From: the human T2T-CHM13v2.0 reference genome, Homo sapiens
DNA: 64,000 bases
Reading direction: 5' to 3' (one strand)
NCBI RefSeq assembly: GCF_009914755.1
Contig: NC_060939.1
The notes under the pieces were generated by a model. The model saw only the letters and a list, made by a program, of their open reading frames with translations. It ran no database searches and was not told where the DNA came from. Below are positions 1 through 14,610 of this stretch, piece by piece. Position 1 is the stretch's first letter, and each line of letters opens with the position of its first letter. A program made the translations under genes and the position numbers.

Positions 1-1099
1 TCTGCTCCACGGCTTTGAGATGGTTCCGCCAGTTCTGTGTCTCAGCATCATGCATGGTTCCCTCTCTCATATAGTGAGTGAGTGTTTTTGTCCAGTCTGT
101 ACTTGCCTCACAGTATAATGTGTTTATGACTTGTCTTCAATCTAATCAGCATCCTGTTCCTATCAGAAAACTGCAGAGGAAATGAAGTTGGTCTGGCGTG
201 ACTTGTTCCTGCTAAACTCTGTCGACTTCTGACAGTGACAGCTCCCTGCTTGCAGAACACATAAATCCAGAGTTTAATAATCCATCCTTAGTTTTCACCA
301 GGCTTCAAAATCAGCCGACTGTCATGTCAGCAAGCGGCCGTGTCCCCCTTAGTGATAAAATCAGGGTGAAATTTGCATTTGACTCACATCTTGACTGTTT
401 TCCACCGTTCGTCAAACAAAACCCATGGTGTAGGGGCCCCGCTGGAGGTGAGGTTGGAAAGGGGTGAGAATGCATCGGTTGCTTGCAGCTGGTGCCAACC
501 TGGCTAGCACCTCTGCAGTCTGCCCTTCCCAGTCAGAACCTCAGGACACCAACCCTGCCTCTAGATAGGAGGGATTTCTGCTGATGGCAGCCTATGTTCT
601 GCTGCATGTTCAGTACTTTCCCCGGATGCAGGACGTAGTTTTGATGTTAGGATTTCTGCTTTATCCTGGAACCCCAGCTCCCATCCCTATCTTGTGCCCT
701 ATGCATGATCACTGAGTCTCTACTCATTTGCTCCTGCATGGGGCCTGGGCATGAATCCACGGATAGACAGTGCCCCAGGGACCTGCCGCTAGCCCACCCA
801 CTCTGCCCCCAGAGCCTGATTCTCATTCTGCTGAGCCTCACTCTGGTGCTCACGGGCCTCCTTGGACACTGTACACCAGCACCGTACACCAGCCAGGGCA
901 ATCCCCACCAGTCAGCACACACTCGGAGGGAGGCCCTGAGCCAGGTCCCCACCTGCACTCAGAGCCCCATCTGCCTGTAGTCGCACAGCCTGGCATGGAG
1001 TCAGGAAGCCTGTGAGGGTTTAAAATAGGGGATGAGTGTGATTTAATATGTTTTGGGAAGATGAACCGAGTCAAGTACGGACTGTATGAGATTGGGGAG

Positions 1100-1471
1100 T
1101 GTATTAGTCCATTCTCATGCTGCTAATAAAGACACACCTACAACTGCATAATTTATAAAGAAAAGAGATTTAATTCACTCACAGTTCAGGATGGCTGGGA
1201 AAGCATCAGGAAACTTACAATCATGGCAGAAGAAGAAGCAATCACTTCCTTCTTCACATGGTGGCAGGAGAGAGAAGTGCTGAACAAAATGGAGAAAAGC
1301 CCCGTATAAACCCATCAGAACTCGTGAGAACTCCCTATCGTGAGAACAGCATGAGGGTAACCACCCCCATTATTCAGTTACCTCCCATGGGGTCCCTCCC
1401 ACGACCCGTGGGAATTATGGGAGCTACAATTCAAGATGAGATTTGGGTGGGGACACAGCGAAACCATATCA
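1100..1471 (-). mobile_element. THE1 (C/D-like) MaLR solo LTR with perfect 5-bp target-site duplication (TSD) GGGAG
   Basis: TGTATTAGTCC...GGGACACAGCGAAACCATATCA termini. GGGAG at 1095-1099 and 1472-1476. Confidence 0.9.
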
Positions 1472-1750
1472 GGGAGGTCCCTGATATGGGTCCTTCTATT
1501 ACCCTGTGGTTGGGGTAATAGCAGGCCTCCCTTCCCTTCTTGGGCTTTTCGGAGATGGTCATTTTTTTGACAGACACGGCGTGAGGACCTTCACTGATTA
1601 CCACAGACTCCCACAGAGTCATTTGCCCCGCCGTGTCCTCCTACAGGCGGGGGAGCCACCCTCAGAGGAGCTGGTGACCCTCCTACCTTGAACTGCACTG
1701 CTTCAGCCACACCAGTGAGGCAGGCATTCCCTGGCATGAGAAAGCGTCTG

Positions 1751-1764
1751 GCTCCCTCTGGTGA
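1751..1764 (-). promoter_or_regulatory. Candidate CTCF motif (TCACCAGAGGGAGC on the - strand)
   Basis: Near match to core CCASYAGRKGGCRS. Motif only; no occupancy data. Confidence 0.4.
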
Positions 1765-2797
1765 CAAGAGGAAGCACCTGAGCCTTTGCCGCCATTTCCA
1801 CTGGTGGTGGAGCACGAGGTGAGGATGGATAAACTAAGGTCCAGAGATCCCCCACACTGTAGGTGCGGGGTGGAGTCCCAAGTAGAGGCCCCATGCCACT
1901 AAAGCTCAGTTCTGTCTCCCTCAGGACCCTGGGCTTCCCAGAGCCAGCAGGGATATGGCTCTGAGCAGGTTCTTCAGCACTCTGCAGGCGCTGGTTCCTT
2001 TGGAATTAATTAGATTTCTCTAAAATTAGCTTAGAGTTAGAGGGATTTCCAAAGCCCTCAACCTTCTGCTGCCATTTCCCCTTTCTGAGTGGGAGGAAGT
2101 GCAGGATCCTGCAGGACCTGGGCTCCTACGCAGTTGTGTGGCCACAGGCTGGTAATCTAACTTTTCTGTGCCTCCATTTCTTCATTTATAAACTGATGGT
2201 GAAGACACCTGCCTCTCGGGGTTGTGAGGATTACATTCTATGCAGTGTCTAAAGGCCCTAGCACATGGCGGGTATTTAATTAAGAATGATTTTGTTGTTG
2301 CCATTATTCATGGCATCAACAGAGCTGGATCTCGAGGTAGCAGTGGGCTTTCCACTGTGGAGCAGCAGAAACCGAGTTAGTTCGCTATATCCCCATTGAG
2401 TGAACACCTGAGCATGCTAGTGAATGAGAGTGAGAAATAACTGGGAACTACACAAGTTGGCTTTTGGGAGCACCAGAGCTGGCTAGCACAGGGCCTGACT
2501 TGGGTCTTGCCCTTGAGGCCTGGGCTCATCCCCAAGGTTTTCCGAGCCTCAGGGACCTCCACAGCAGCACTCCATAGCAGGTGTCTCCCTGAGGCCACAT
2601 AGCCTGAGCAGGACACACCTGAGCCCAGGAGCTGCCGTGCTTCTTGCTGTAGGCAGGTCATAGCCTGACCTCGGCGCACCTCCGCGGGCAGCTGCAGCCC
2701 AGCCATCTCCTACACAGCCACACCACTGACTCTTCTTGTTTGCAAGGGTCTCCGTCTACTGTCTGCCTCACATCTTGGGGCTCTCCCACACCTCTGC

Positions 2798-2837
2798 CTT
2801 TGCCCAGGCTGTTCCTGCTTTGCCCAGGCTGTTCCTG
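2798..2837. repeat. Perfect 20-bp tandem duplication (CTTTGCCCAGGCTGTTCCTG)x2, in probable L2-derived sequence
   Basis: Direct reading of the sequence. Confidence 0.85.
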
Positions 2838-2894
2838 CCTTCTTCCTGTTCTTCCTCCCCTTTCTTTAGTCCTCTGCTTTGTTTTTATTTCAGC

Positions 2895-3050
2895 TTCCCA
2901 CTTACTGTACATGTATCACTGGGCACGTTACTTCATCTCTCTGTGTCTCAGTTTCCTTACGTTAAAATGGGAGTGTATCTGCGCATAGGGTTGTGGCGAC
3001 GATTAAATGAGGTAGTACATGGAATGTGCTAGAACTCAGCCCTCAGCTCA
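2895..3050 (+). mobile_element. MIR SINE (one of many; others at about 2140-2290, 7060-7220, 7990-8230, 8520-8700, 15010-15240, 22920-23210, 26630-26815, 27040-27290, 27790-28030, 39030-39170, 40290-40470, 51520-51780)
   Basis: MIR core TCTCTGTGTCTCAGTTTCCTTAC..TAAAATGGG..AGGGTTGTG..GATTAAATGAG. Confidence 0.7.
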
Positions 3051-3440
3051 CTAGGCATCAGCACCGTCATCCTCACTAGCAACAGACCTGCCTCAAAACC
3101 CAGCTCTGGCCCTACGCTATGAATGGGGATATTTCCCTCACTGATGTCCTGTGACTCATCTGCCATACTCGAGCTTGCGCCCTGTGAGAAACAGTTTATC
3201 TTGTGTACCACGTTTAGGAAACTTATTTCCAAGCCTGCCCTTTGCTAGGCACGGTGAGGGGGTCCAGCGATAATGAGTAAAATGGTCCCACAGGTCAGAG
3301 CTCCCTGGCAGTTTTCCACCCGGCCAGTCCTAACCAGGGAGCAATGCCCATGAAGGTGCTGATTTTATCCTGACATCTGGGGGCCCTGGGATGGCTGCAT
3401 TCACGTTGGATGGCCCACCACATGCATCTAGTACTCCATG

Positions 3441-3454
3441 CCACTAGGGGGCAC
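3441..3454 (+). promoter_or_regulatory. Strong CTCF motif CCACTAGGGGGCAC
   Basis: Exact match to CCASYAGRKGGCRS consensus. Motif only. Confidence 0.6.
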
Positions 3455-3518
3455 ACCACAGCTTCCAAGTACCCTCTCAAGTGTTGGCCCACATGATCCC
3501 CACTCTGGTCTTGGGAGC

Positions 3519-3901
3519 TGTGTTAGTCTCCTGGGGCTGCCATAACAACATGCCATAGACTGGGTGGCTTCAACAACAGACACTCATTTTCTTACAGTTT
3601 TGGAGGCTGGAAGCCTGAGATGGTAGTGTTGGCCATGGGTCTCTTAAGAACTCTCTCCTTGGCCAGCAGACGGCCAGCTTCTCACTGTGCCCTCACACGG
3701 TCTGTCCTCTGTACCTGAGCTTCCTTGGTGTCTCTGGGTCCAAATCCCTAAGGACACCCATCAGATTAGGGCCCATCTAAGGGCCTCATTGTAATGTAAT
3801 AATCTCTTTAAAAGCCCTATCTCTGAACACAATCACGTGCTGAGGTTCCCGCGGCCAGGGCTTCAACATGGATTTGAGGGGACACAGTCCAGCCCGTAAT
3901 A
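3519..3901 (-). mobile_element. MLT1 (A/B/C-like) MaLR LTR
   Basis: TGTGTTAGTCTCCTGGGGCTGCCATAACAA...CTGGGTGGCTTCAACAACAGA...GGGACACAGTCCAGCCCGTAATA. Confidence 0.75.
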
Positions 3902-5119
3902 GGGGGAGAGCAGGGCAGGTGACTGCCCTGTTTTCCAGATGGAGCTGCTGAGGCTTTGAGGGGTGAGTGCCTCGAGCACAGCCTCCTGCTGTTGCTAAGT
4001 TGTCCTGCAGAGCTTTGAAGCCTGAACTAGACACAAGGTCCTGCGGTCTCTGCACTGCCCCTTGCTGGGGGCTTGGGTGTGGACAGCAGGGAGCCTGCAA
4101 AACCTGCATCTGAGAGGATGTCCCTAGAGAGCTTCTGGGAGGACCCCACTGGGCTCACACACAGAATGCGGGCCCTTCAGGAAGGCACAAGCTGTTGTTT
4201 CTCTGGATGGATTTCCGGCCTGCGGCTAGCCAGCCAGAGAGGCATGTGCCTTCACCCTGGTAAGGCCTGGCTGGGCCTGGAGAGAAAGAAAAGATGCCTC
4301 TTTCAGCTAGGTTGAGAAGCCCAGAGTGGCAACAGCTGCGGCTTTGACCAACTGCAGATCCTCCCCGAGCATCCTGAAGTCGTCTAGCTTTGTGGGATAT
4401 CGTTATACAAATTATTCTCCATGAGGCCAGGGCTTCCTACCCCTCCCAGGCCTGGGTAGTAATCAGTTTACAGTTCAACACACACGGAGTCCCTCCTCCA
4501 GGGCTGTACTGCCCCTATGGAAAAGGTGATTTTTGTGTTTTTTTAAACAGGGTCTCTGCTTTTCCCGAGCCTACAATTATTATGGCAAGCCCAATACATG
4601 GAGTTTTTTTTTTTTTTTCCTCCAGTCCAACTAGAAGCAGAACTATAGAAAAAGTCTCAGGTCACGTACTATGACAGAAGAGAGAAGGTGAAGGATGAGA
4701 GAAAATCTAGGAAGGCCCCTTGGAGGAGGTGGTATTTAAGGCAGGCTTTGAATGGAGGATCAGTTTTTGATGCACCGCTAGGGCCCTGGAGGAGAAGGAG
4801 AAACTGGGTTGAAGACCAGCATAAGCAAGGCCCATGCCCATACCAGACAGCAGTAGGGGCCATACTCGGTGCCCCAGAGGCCACACGGGGTACACCAGGC
4901 AGAGTTCTGTGCTGAGTGCTCACACTCGTGGCGGCATACAGTGCTGCTTTGGCTGGCTTTACGAGAGATTTGGGTTCTGTCACCATGCTCAGTGACTTTG
5001 GTCTGGCCACATTTGGTGAATGGCTGCCCCTCCACCTTCCAGGGTGAATATCAAATTGTGTCCATATTCTTCCTTTAGCCCATGTGCCCAGATGCATTTT
5101 TTTTGGGCGGGGGAAGGTA

Positions 5120-5150
5120 GGTATTTTTCATTTTTATGGATACATAGTAG

Positions 5151-5209
<59 letters not shown>

Positions 5210-5500
5210 GGGTACGTGAGATTTTTTGACACAGGCCTACAATGTGCAATAATCACATCAAGGTAAATGGGGTATCCATCATCACCTCAAGCATTTATCA
5301 TTTCTTTGTGTTACCGACATTCCAGTGATACTCTTTCAGTTATTTTTAAATGTAAAATAAATTACTGTTGACTGTAGTCACCCTGTTGCAATATCAGATA
5401 CTAGAGTTTATTCATCCTGTCTATATTTTTGCACCCATTAACCATCCCCACCTCCCCTGCCCCCTTCCCAGCCTCTGGTAACCATCATTCTACTCTTTAC
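5120..5500 (-). mobile_element. Old L1 (L1MA-type) 3' UTR fragment containing a (TG)n microsatellite
   Basis: GGGGTATCCATCATCACCTCAAGCATTTATC and CCTTCCCAGCCTCTGGTAACCATCATTCTACTCT L1M 3'-end hallmarks. Confidence 0.75.
5152..5206. repeat. (TG)27 microsatellite
   Basis: Uninterrupted TG run of 55 bp. Confidence 0.95.
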
Positions 5501-5562
5501 CTCCCAAATGCATTTTGGGTACCAGCTATTTCTTTGGTCAGTGCTGGTACCACTAGTGGTGC

Positions 5563-5888
5563 TTTTTTTTTTCTTTTTCTCCTTTTTTTGAGACAGAGTC
5601 TCGCTCTATTGCCCAGGCTGGAGCGCAGTGTTGTGATCTCGGCTCACTGGTGCGATCTTGGCTCACTGCAACCTCCACCTCACAGATTCAGGCAATTCTC
5701 CCTGCTTCAGCCTGCCTAGTAGCTGGGATTACAGGTGCCCACCACCATGCCTGGCTTTTATATTTTTAGTAGAGATAAGGTTTTCACCATGTTGGCCAGG
5801 CTGGTCCCGAACTCCTGACCTCAGGCGATCTGCCCACCTCGGCCTCCCAAAGTCCTGGGATTACAGGTGTGAGCCACTGCACCCAGCC
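5563..5888 (-). mobile_element. AluS with an internal 19-nt tandem duplication and a degenerate TSD
   Basis: Alu consensus in reverse. Flanks CACTAGTGGTGCTTTTT / CACTGATGGTGCTTTTT. Confidence 0.92.
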
Positions 5889-5949
5889 CACTGATGGTGC
5901 TTTTTAATGAGAAAGTCTGGTCAAGGGCAGCAAGGGCAGAGGCTGGTTC

Positions 5950-6135
5950 TAGTCCAGGATTCTCAACCTGTCTGCAGGTAGAATCACCTGGGGACTTTGG
6001 GAAAAGCCCATTGCCTAGTGTGTCTTCCAGACCAGCTTCATCACAATCTCCAGGAGTGAGACCTAGGGATTGGTGTTTTCTTTTTACAAGTTTCTGAGGT
6101 GAATCCAATGTGCAGCCCAGTTTGAGCCCCATTGA
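5950..6135. mobile_element. MER5-family hAT-Charlie DNA transposon
   Basis: TTCTCAACCTG..GAATCACCTGGGGA..CAATCTCCAGGAGTG..AGGTGAATCCAATGTGCAGCCCAGTTTGAG. Confidence 0.7.
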
Positions 6136-6667
6136 TGTATCTGATCTAAGAGGTCAACAGGTGCAGTAATGTGGGGAGGGGCACATATGCTCTGGCTCTG
6201 TCATGTACTGTGTGGATTTGGTAACATTAGTGTTTGGTTTTGTTTGTAAACTTTGTGATGGAGATAATTCTATTACACAGTGTCTAACACCTAATTTGTG
6301 CTCAATAAATGGTCACCTCCTCACCGTCTCCTTCCCTGTTCACCTCCTCCTCAGACATAAGCAAGGTCAGTTATGTAATGCTGGCAGGCTGTTGGCAGCA
6401 GGCACCAGATAAATGTGTATTGCAGGTTTCCTGCTGTTTATGGATCATGTTTTATTCATGCACATATGATGCAGAATGCTCCCTCTGAGGGGAGAACTTT
6501 GAGCCTGCAGATTTAAGATGTGGCAATACATTTATATAAATTGAGGAGACGAAGGCAAGTGGGTGATGAGAAACGCAAAGCCCTGACGGAGGGTTTCACA
6601 GGCATTTAGGAAGTGGAGGCCAAGGATGTTCAAGCAGCCTGGAATTGCTCTTTTTCCTAGGTCAGCA

Positions 6668-6681
6668 CTGCCCTCTAGTGG
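6668..6681 (-). promoter_or_regulatory. Strong CTCF motif CCACTAGAGGGCAG (- strand)
   Basis: The + strand CTGCCCTCTAGTGG is an exact consensus match. Motif only. Confidence 0.6.
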
Positions 6682-9600
6682 GGCAGAGTCACAGCCAACC
6701 CGCGTTTCCTCCTCACTCCTCCCACTTGCGAGAACCATCTAGGGTTAAAATTACTCCAAGTCCAGCCAAAGAAACAGCCTAGGGAGACCAGCCATGCACG
6801 CCCCCATTCTTGGACTCATTGTTCCTGAAACACAAAGATAATTCTAGAAAGCTTCTATTCATGCCAGATATCAGAAGATTTGCATGCATTACATATAATT
6901 CTCACTGTTCTACAAGACTGATAACCCTTCTTCCCAGACTCAGAGTTGGGAAGTGAATCTTCCAGAAATTGAGAAATGTAACCAGGATTCCAGCCTGGTA
7001 GGAATCAGCCTTGGCTGATTCTCACGCCTTCACCACTGTGCCGTGATACCTGCTCTTTCTCTAGGAACTAGGTCCCGGAGTCCTGAGTTAAAATCCACTT
7101 CCACCATGTACAAGCTGTGTGACCTTGGTGCAGCTGACTGATCTCTCTGCGCTTCTGTATTCTCATCTACAAAAAGAGTCTCATAAACTCACCTTATCAA
7201 GGCATAGTGAGAATGATTGACCTTGAATAAATCAGAAGGGGCAGAGAAAGAGCTGAAGAAAATGACTGCCTCTGGATGGTAGGAAAACTGTGTTTTCCCC
7301 CTGCTGAATGCATTACTTTTATAATCAGACGAAATGATCACTTTCCTTGTAAAGAGGTAGAAGCCGTCACCCGTGTGTACCAGCCCTGCGAGATATTATA
7401 GGAGAGACCGTTTTCTTGTTTCCTCGAAGTTGAGTCAAGCAAATCTCAAGATTCCTCTAAAGAAAACCTCAGGCTTCCCCCAAAGGGATCTCTCATTTTG
7501 TCAAGTACAGAACCCTCAGCTCTGCCCTTCTGCTGCCCAGCTAGCTTGGTGCTGTCTCTGTCACTGCTAAGAAGTCAGGACTGACTGTCATGTGAGATCT
7601 CACTGTCCTCAGGTGCCCTCCCTTCCCACGTTCAGGAAGGGATCTGAGCAGAGGTTTGAGTGCAGGGCAGCGTGACTCCTGGGTACAGTAGGTTCTCCCT
7701 TCACCACTCTCCCAAGGACAGCTGAGAAGTGCCTGGTCCTTGCAGTTCCGTTCTATCAGCACCTGAAATTCTATTGCAATAGATAATTGTATTCTTCAGA
7801 AGTATGTTCTTCAGAGAATCGTATTTGTCTCTAAGCTTTCTGTCATTAGGAGAACTGTGTTGGGATTTATTAAAAATTACTCATAAGAAATAAGCCTTGT
7901 GCATAGAAACAGACGAGAAGGGAAGATCTAAATGCATGTCAGTGTTTCTGGGTGGTGAGAGATGGTGATTTGTGCTGTCATCTTTGTAATAATGATTGCT
8001 AAAATTTATTGAGCACTTACTGTATGCCAGGCGCTGTGGAAAGCCCTTGTGAGGCACTAATCACCCAAACCTCAAAACAATCCTGCGAGGTGGGTACTGT
8101 TAACCTCACTCACAGGTGAGAGTATGGAGGGCCAGAGTAGGTAAGTACCTTTGTCAAGGTCACACAGCCAGTGACTGCAGACCCTGGCCATGCAGCTCTA
8201 GGGTCTGTGTTCTTGGCCACTGTGTTATTCTGCCTCTCTACGCTTGGTTTATCCTCAGTCATCCTTAATGAGCATGTGCTGCTTTTAAAATGAAGAAAAG
8301 GGGTTTTGTTTGTAAATTAACTTACATGGTTCCAGGAATGATAAACGCATATGAAGAAAGACAGTACAAATATAATAATGCCTAAAGGGAAATATGAGAA
8401 CGATGCTAATCCTTTACATGATCCTGTATTTTCCACATTCTCTAAAAAAAGCAGAGTTTACCTAAGTGATTTAAAACGTCATAAAAAAAGAAAATCCTGC
8501 TGTTAGAGGCACCAGTAAGAAGAACAAATAACAGCTGATGGTTTTTGAGAATGTCTGTGTTCCAGGAATTGATCAGAAGCATTCTGTGCACTACGTATTT
8601 GACCCTCAATAACCCCTTAGGAGGTAGGGATTGTTGTCATCCCATTTTACAGAGGAGGAAACTGAGGCCGAGGGAGCATTTGTACCATGCTCACAGACAC
8701 ACCAGTACAGCAGAGCCTTGACACCGATCCTCCCTCAAGGTCAGTAGTACCTCTCTGTCCTTTTCCACCCCAGGAGACCTTGAGGGTCAGAAACACGAAT
8801 GGGTGCATCTAATTGCAAAGTGAGTAGGGGAGCTGATAGCAGTCCCTGGGTTTCTGGATGGCCTGTTTGGCTTTGCTCTCAGGGGCATAAAGAGTTTATG
8901 CCAGCAGGTAGCAGATGCCTGCAGCTCCTCGGGCAGCCTGTGCTCCTCTCACCCAGCCCCACAGGCTGTTCAACGCAGGAGCCATGCCCCATGCTACACT
9001 TTGACAAAGAGAAAAATAAAGGTTCACATGGAAGGGTCAACATTTTTCTCAAACAATGCAGCATGCACCACCATAGCCAGCCAGTGATAGTATCTCTTCC
9101 AAGAGCAGGCCTTCCAGTGAGCCTGCAGAAGCCGCAGGGCCAGGCGGAAGGAGGGAGAACAAGAATGGGTGCCATGGAGTCTTCCTCTTGGAGCATCAGT
9201 GGAAACTGATGTTTATGAAGTGCTTCATCTGTGCCAGGGCTGGGCCCCCACCATTGCTTTCATTTATTACTCACCACAGCCCTATAAAATGTCTTAGTAG
9301 CACACTACTTTTCAGATGCAGCAAACCAGCATAGAGAGGCTGAGGGGGCTCCCCAGGTTTCCAGGCAGTTAAGTTGGTAGTACTTGGACGCACATCCAGT
9401 CCAGCTGTAGAACCCACTCTGAATCCCACCCCACCTGCCCTCTGAAGGGCAACTGGGCTTCCCTGCTGTAAGTTTTGATTTCAGAGTAGCCGTGTGCCTG
9501 CATCTGAATGGACTCCTCGATTCAAGGAGCTGCCTTTGAATAGCAAAGTTTAGTTGTTTTTGTTCTTCAACCCTGTCTATTTGCACGTGAGCTAACTGGG

Positions 9601-9869
9601 GACCCAGTTTTGCGTAGGCATATTGTGGTTAAGCTGCTGCCTGGAAGCCAAGTGCCCCGGGGCGAGCTGCTTAAGTGGGCCTCATGCCTTCTTGGATGAA
9701 ACTGGGATGGTAGCACCCAACCCATTGCCTAGTTGGGAGTAATCCTGAGGTAACATTGGTGAATCACATAGTCCAACTGGCGTCACACAGCAGGCACTCA
9801 AATAGCCATTTGTGTGTATGTACTTATATCACGCATGTGCATACGTGTGTATTAAAAATATTAAAATCA

Positions 9870-11710
<1,841 letters not shown>

Positions 11711-11736
11711 TTGCCTAGTACTTTTATTATCTATTA

Positions 11737-12037
<301 letters not shown>

Positions 12038-12696
12038 CCATCTATTATTATCTTATATCAGTAATAGTATTAAAGTTGAATAATTCTTCCTGGACCAGAA
12101 AATTTCAAGTTTCCAGTTGTATTTTCCAAATTCTTCTGGTTACATGCACCTAGCCTGACCCTTCTTGTAGACTTAGTGAGTCCCATGGTCGGATTGCATC
12201 TAGAAGGAGGTACATCGAGTGGGAGAGTCCACAGCACAGACAGAGACATCTGCAGAGGGACTTGGGGAAAGAGCACTGGTCAGGGAAAGAGGAGGTTTGG
12301 GTCTGGGTCCCAGCTCTGCCACCAACTGGCCAGGTGAGCCTGGGCAAGCAATTGCCAAGAAGAGTCACTCACTCCTTCTTCTGCATGGCCACTGTGACTA
12401 GTGCTCTCAACCACACATCCTTTCAACAAACAGCGAACTTACTGTCCATCAGCACTGGGGCGAAATAGGAATATAAAGAAGAATAAAGCATCATCTCTGC
12501 CTGAGGGGCTTAGCATCTACAACAGTGTCTCTTGGACTGTGCTGCAGTCAACACCAGGACTGAGAAATGACACACACAAAAAAATGTTTTGTGGTCAAAT
12601 AATTAACACAAAACCTTTGTGCAATATTCCATTCATGCATATTAGCATTTATGAGATCTGAGAAGTCTTGGAGTTTAACCCAGATTTGCTTAACGA

Positions 12697-13177
12697 TTGT
12701 ATTAGTTTTCTATCACTACTGTAACAAATTATTGCAAACTTAGTGTAAAACACAAATTTGTTATCTTACGCTTCTGGAGGTCAGACATCCATATTGGGTC
12801 TTACTGGGCTACAATCAAGGTGCTGGCAGGGCTGTGATCCTGCGTGGAGGAGAAAATCTGTTTTGTTGCCTTCTCCAGCTTCTATAGGCTGCCCACAAGC
12901 TTTGGCTCATGGCCATCCACCATCTTCAAAGCCAGCATGACTAGTCAGCTCTTTCTCATGATGCCATCTCTCTGGCTCTGCCATCACATCCCCATTTCTG
13001 ACTCGGACTCCCTCTTCACATTTAAAAGATCCTTGTGATAAGATTGTGCCTATGGGGACTCTGCAGTATAATCTCTTAGTCTACAATCTTAATTCCTCTT
13101 GGTCGCTTAAGGTAACATAGTTGCCTTAAGGGATTGGGATGTGGAGGTTTTTGGGGGCCACTGTTCTTCCTGCCACG
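12697..13177 (-). mobile_element. MLT1 (D-like) MaLR LTR
   Basis: TGTATTAGTTTTCTATCACTACTGTAACAAATTA...TCAAGGTGCTGGCAGGGCTG...GGGGGCCACTGTTCTTCCTGCCAC. Confidence 0.75.
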
Positions 13178-13211
13178 GTAGTGGAACCCCTGTGAGTCCA
13201 CTTACCCCAGC

Positions 13212-13544
13212 TTTATTTATTTATTTATTTTTTATTTATTTATTTATTTATTTATTTATTTTGAGATGGAGTCTGTCTCTGTCGCCCAGGCTGGAGTGCA
13301 GTGGCGTGATCTCGGCTCACTACAAGCTCCGCCTCCTGGGTTCACGCCATTCTCCTGCCTCAGCCTCCTGAGTAGCTGTTGACTACAGGCACCTGCCACT
13401 ACGCCCGGCTAATTTTTTGTATTTTTAGTAGAGACAGGGTTTCACCGTGTTAGCCAGGATGAACTTGATTTCCTGACCTCGTGATCCGCTTGCCTCAGCC
13501 TCCCAGAGCTCTGGGATTACGGGCGTGAGCCACCACGCCCAGCC
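13212..13544 (-). mobile_element. AluY with (TTTA)n tail and perfect TSD ACCCCAGCTTTATT
   Basis: AluY diagnostics AAGCTCCGCCTCC, TTCACGCCATTCTCC and CCGTGTTAGCCAGGATG. TSD on both sides. Confidence 0.93.
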
Positions 13545-14096
13545 ACCCCAGCTTTATTAAAGTACATCTGACACTGCGTGGCACATGGTGTGGAGGACTC
13601 GGTGCAGGGTGGGGTCTTCCTGTAGCCCCTCACCATCATGTACTCTCATCTTGGTACTGCTCCTGATATCATGTGATAGATTTGTGTTTGTTGCCATTCT
13701 TCAAACTCCACAAGGGTGAGGTTTTCATCTGTTTTGTTCACTGCTATGTCCCATAGTGTTCACTGTTGCTGACATAGTCCTAGCAAGTAGGAGGTTCTCA
13801 GTGGGTATTTGTTGACCGAGAGTGGTGGAAAGTCTTTCTAATAAGACAGGAAGCTTCTTGAGGGCAAAATTCTTGTCCAAGTTATCTTTTCTTCCCCAGG
13901 GTCCAGAGGTGGCTGGTGCTGAATTTAAAGATTATATAGTGTGGGAAAAGGCAGACTCACCACCAGGAAGTCTTGCTGGAGGTCGTTTTCTTAAGGAATT
14001 TGCCGTAGTGTATACCTAGACTAATCTGTCATGGGCAGAAACTCTTCATCATCTGGGTATAAGTTGAGATAATAAGCTTCTCAGGCAAATTTGCAA

Positions 14097-14610
14097 CAGA
14101 GGGTCCCAAACTTACTTGGTTCACAGCGTCCTGAGTCCAAAAGAAATACGTAGTAGTTTTGTTTATCAAGCAGTTAGGCTCATACTGCTTAGTAAGTGTT
14201 GCTATCCTCACAACATAGAGTAGCTGCTCGAAAACCATGATACGTATCAACAGAAAATATATATATATTTTAGTCATAATCGCTTACTAATGGGATGTGT
14301 GTCCCTGTTGGCAACTGCACAGTTTCTGAAACCTTGGAATCAGATTGGACATTGCCACCCTCATTTTCTGTGCATATTGATTTCCACACTTGGTTTTCTC
14401 ACAGCAACTATGGAAAACTCAGCTCACAAAGATGTAATGTCACTGAAAGAAATCCAGTGTTGACACCATAGGCTACCTTGGGATAGTAGATTCACATGTC
14501 CAAGAGATGTCAGGTATTGCTGTGTTTCCCTTAGAAACTCAAGATATTCTGCCTTACCCCTGTGAGTTCACTGCAGTACCCAATGGTGTCCCAGCACAGT
14601 CTGTAAACTG
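14097..14610 (-). mobile_element. MER119-like hAT-Charlie DNA transposon
   Basis: CAGAGGGTCCCAAACTT terminus and internal CTTACTAATGGGATGTGTG..AAACCTTGGAATCAGATTGGACATTGCCACCCTCATTT, matching the MER119 consensus as recalled. Confidence 0.7.

Noticed and set aside
4989-5266. ORFs with THTHTH / CVCVCV tracts
   Set aside because: Translations of the (TG)27 microsatellite.
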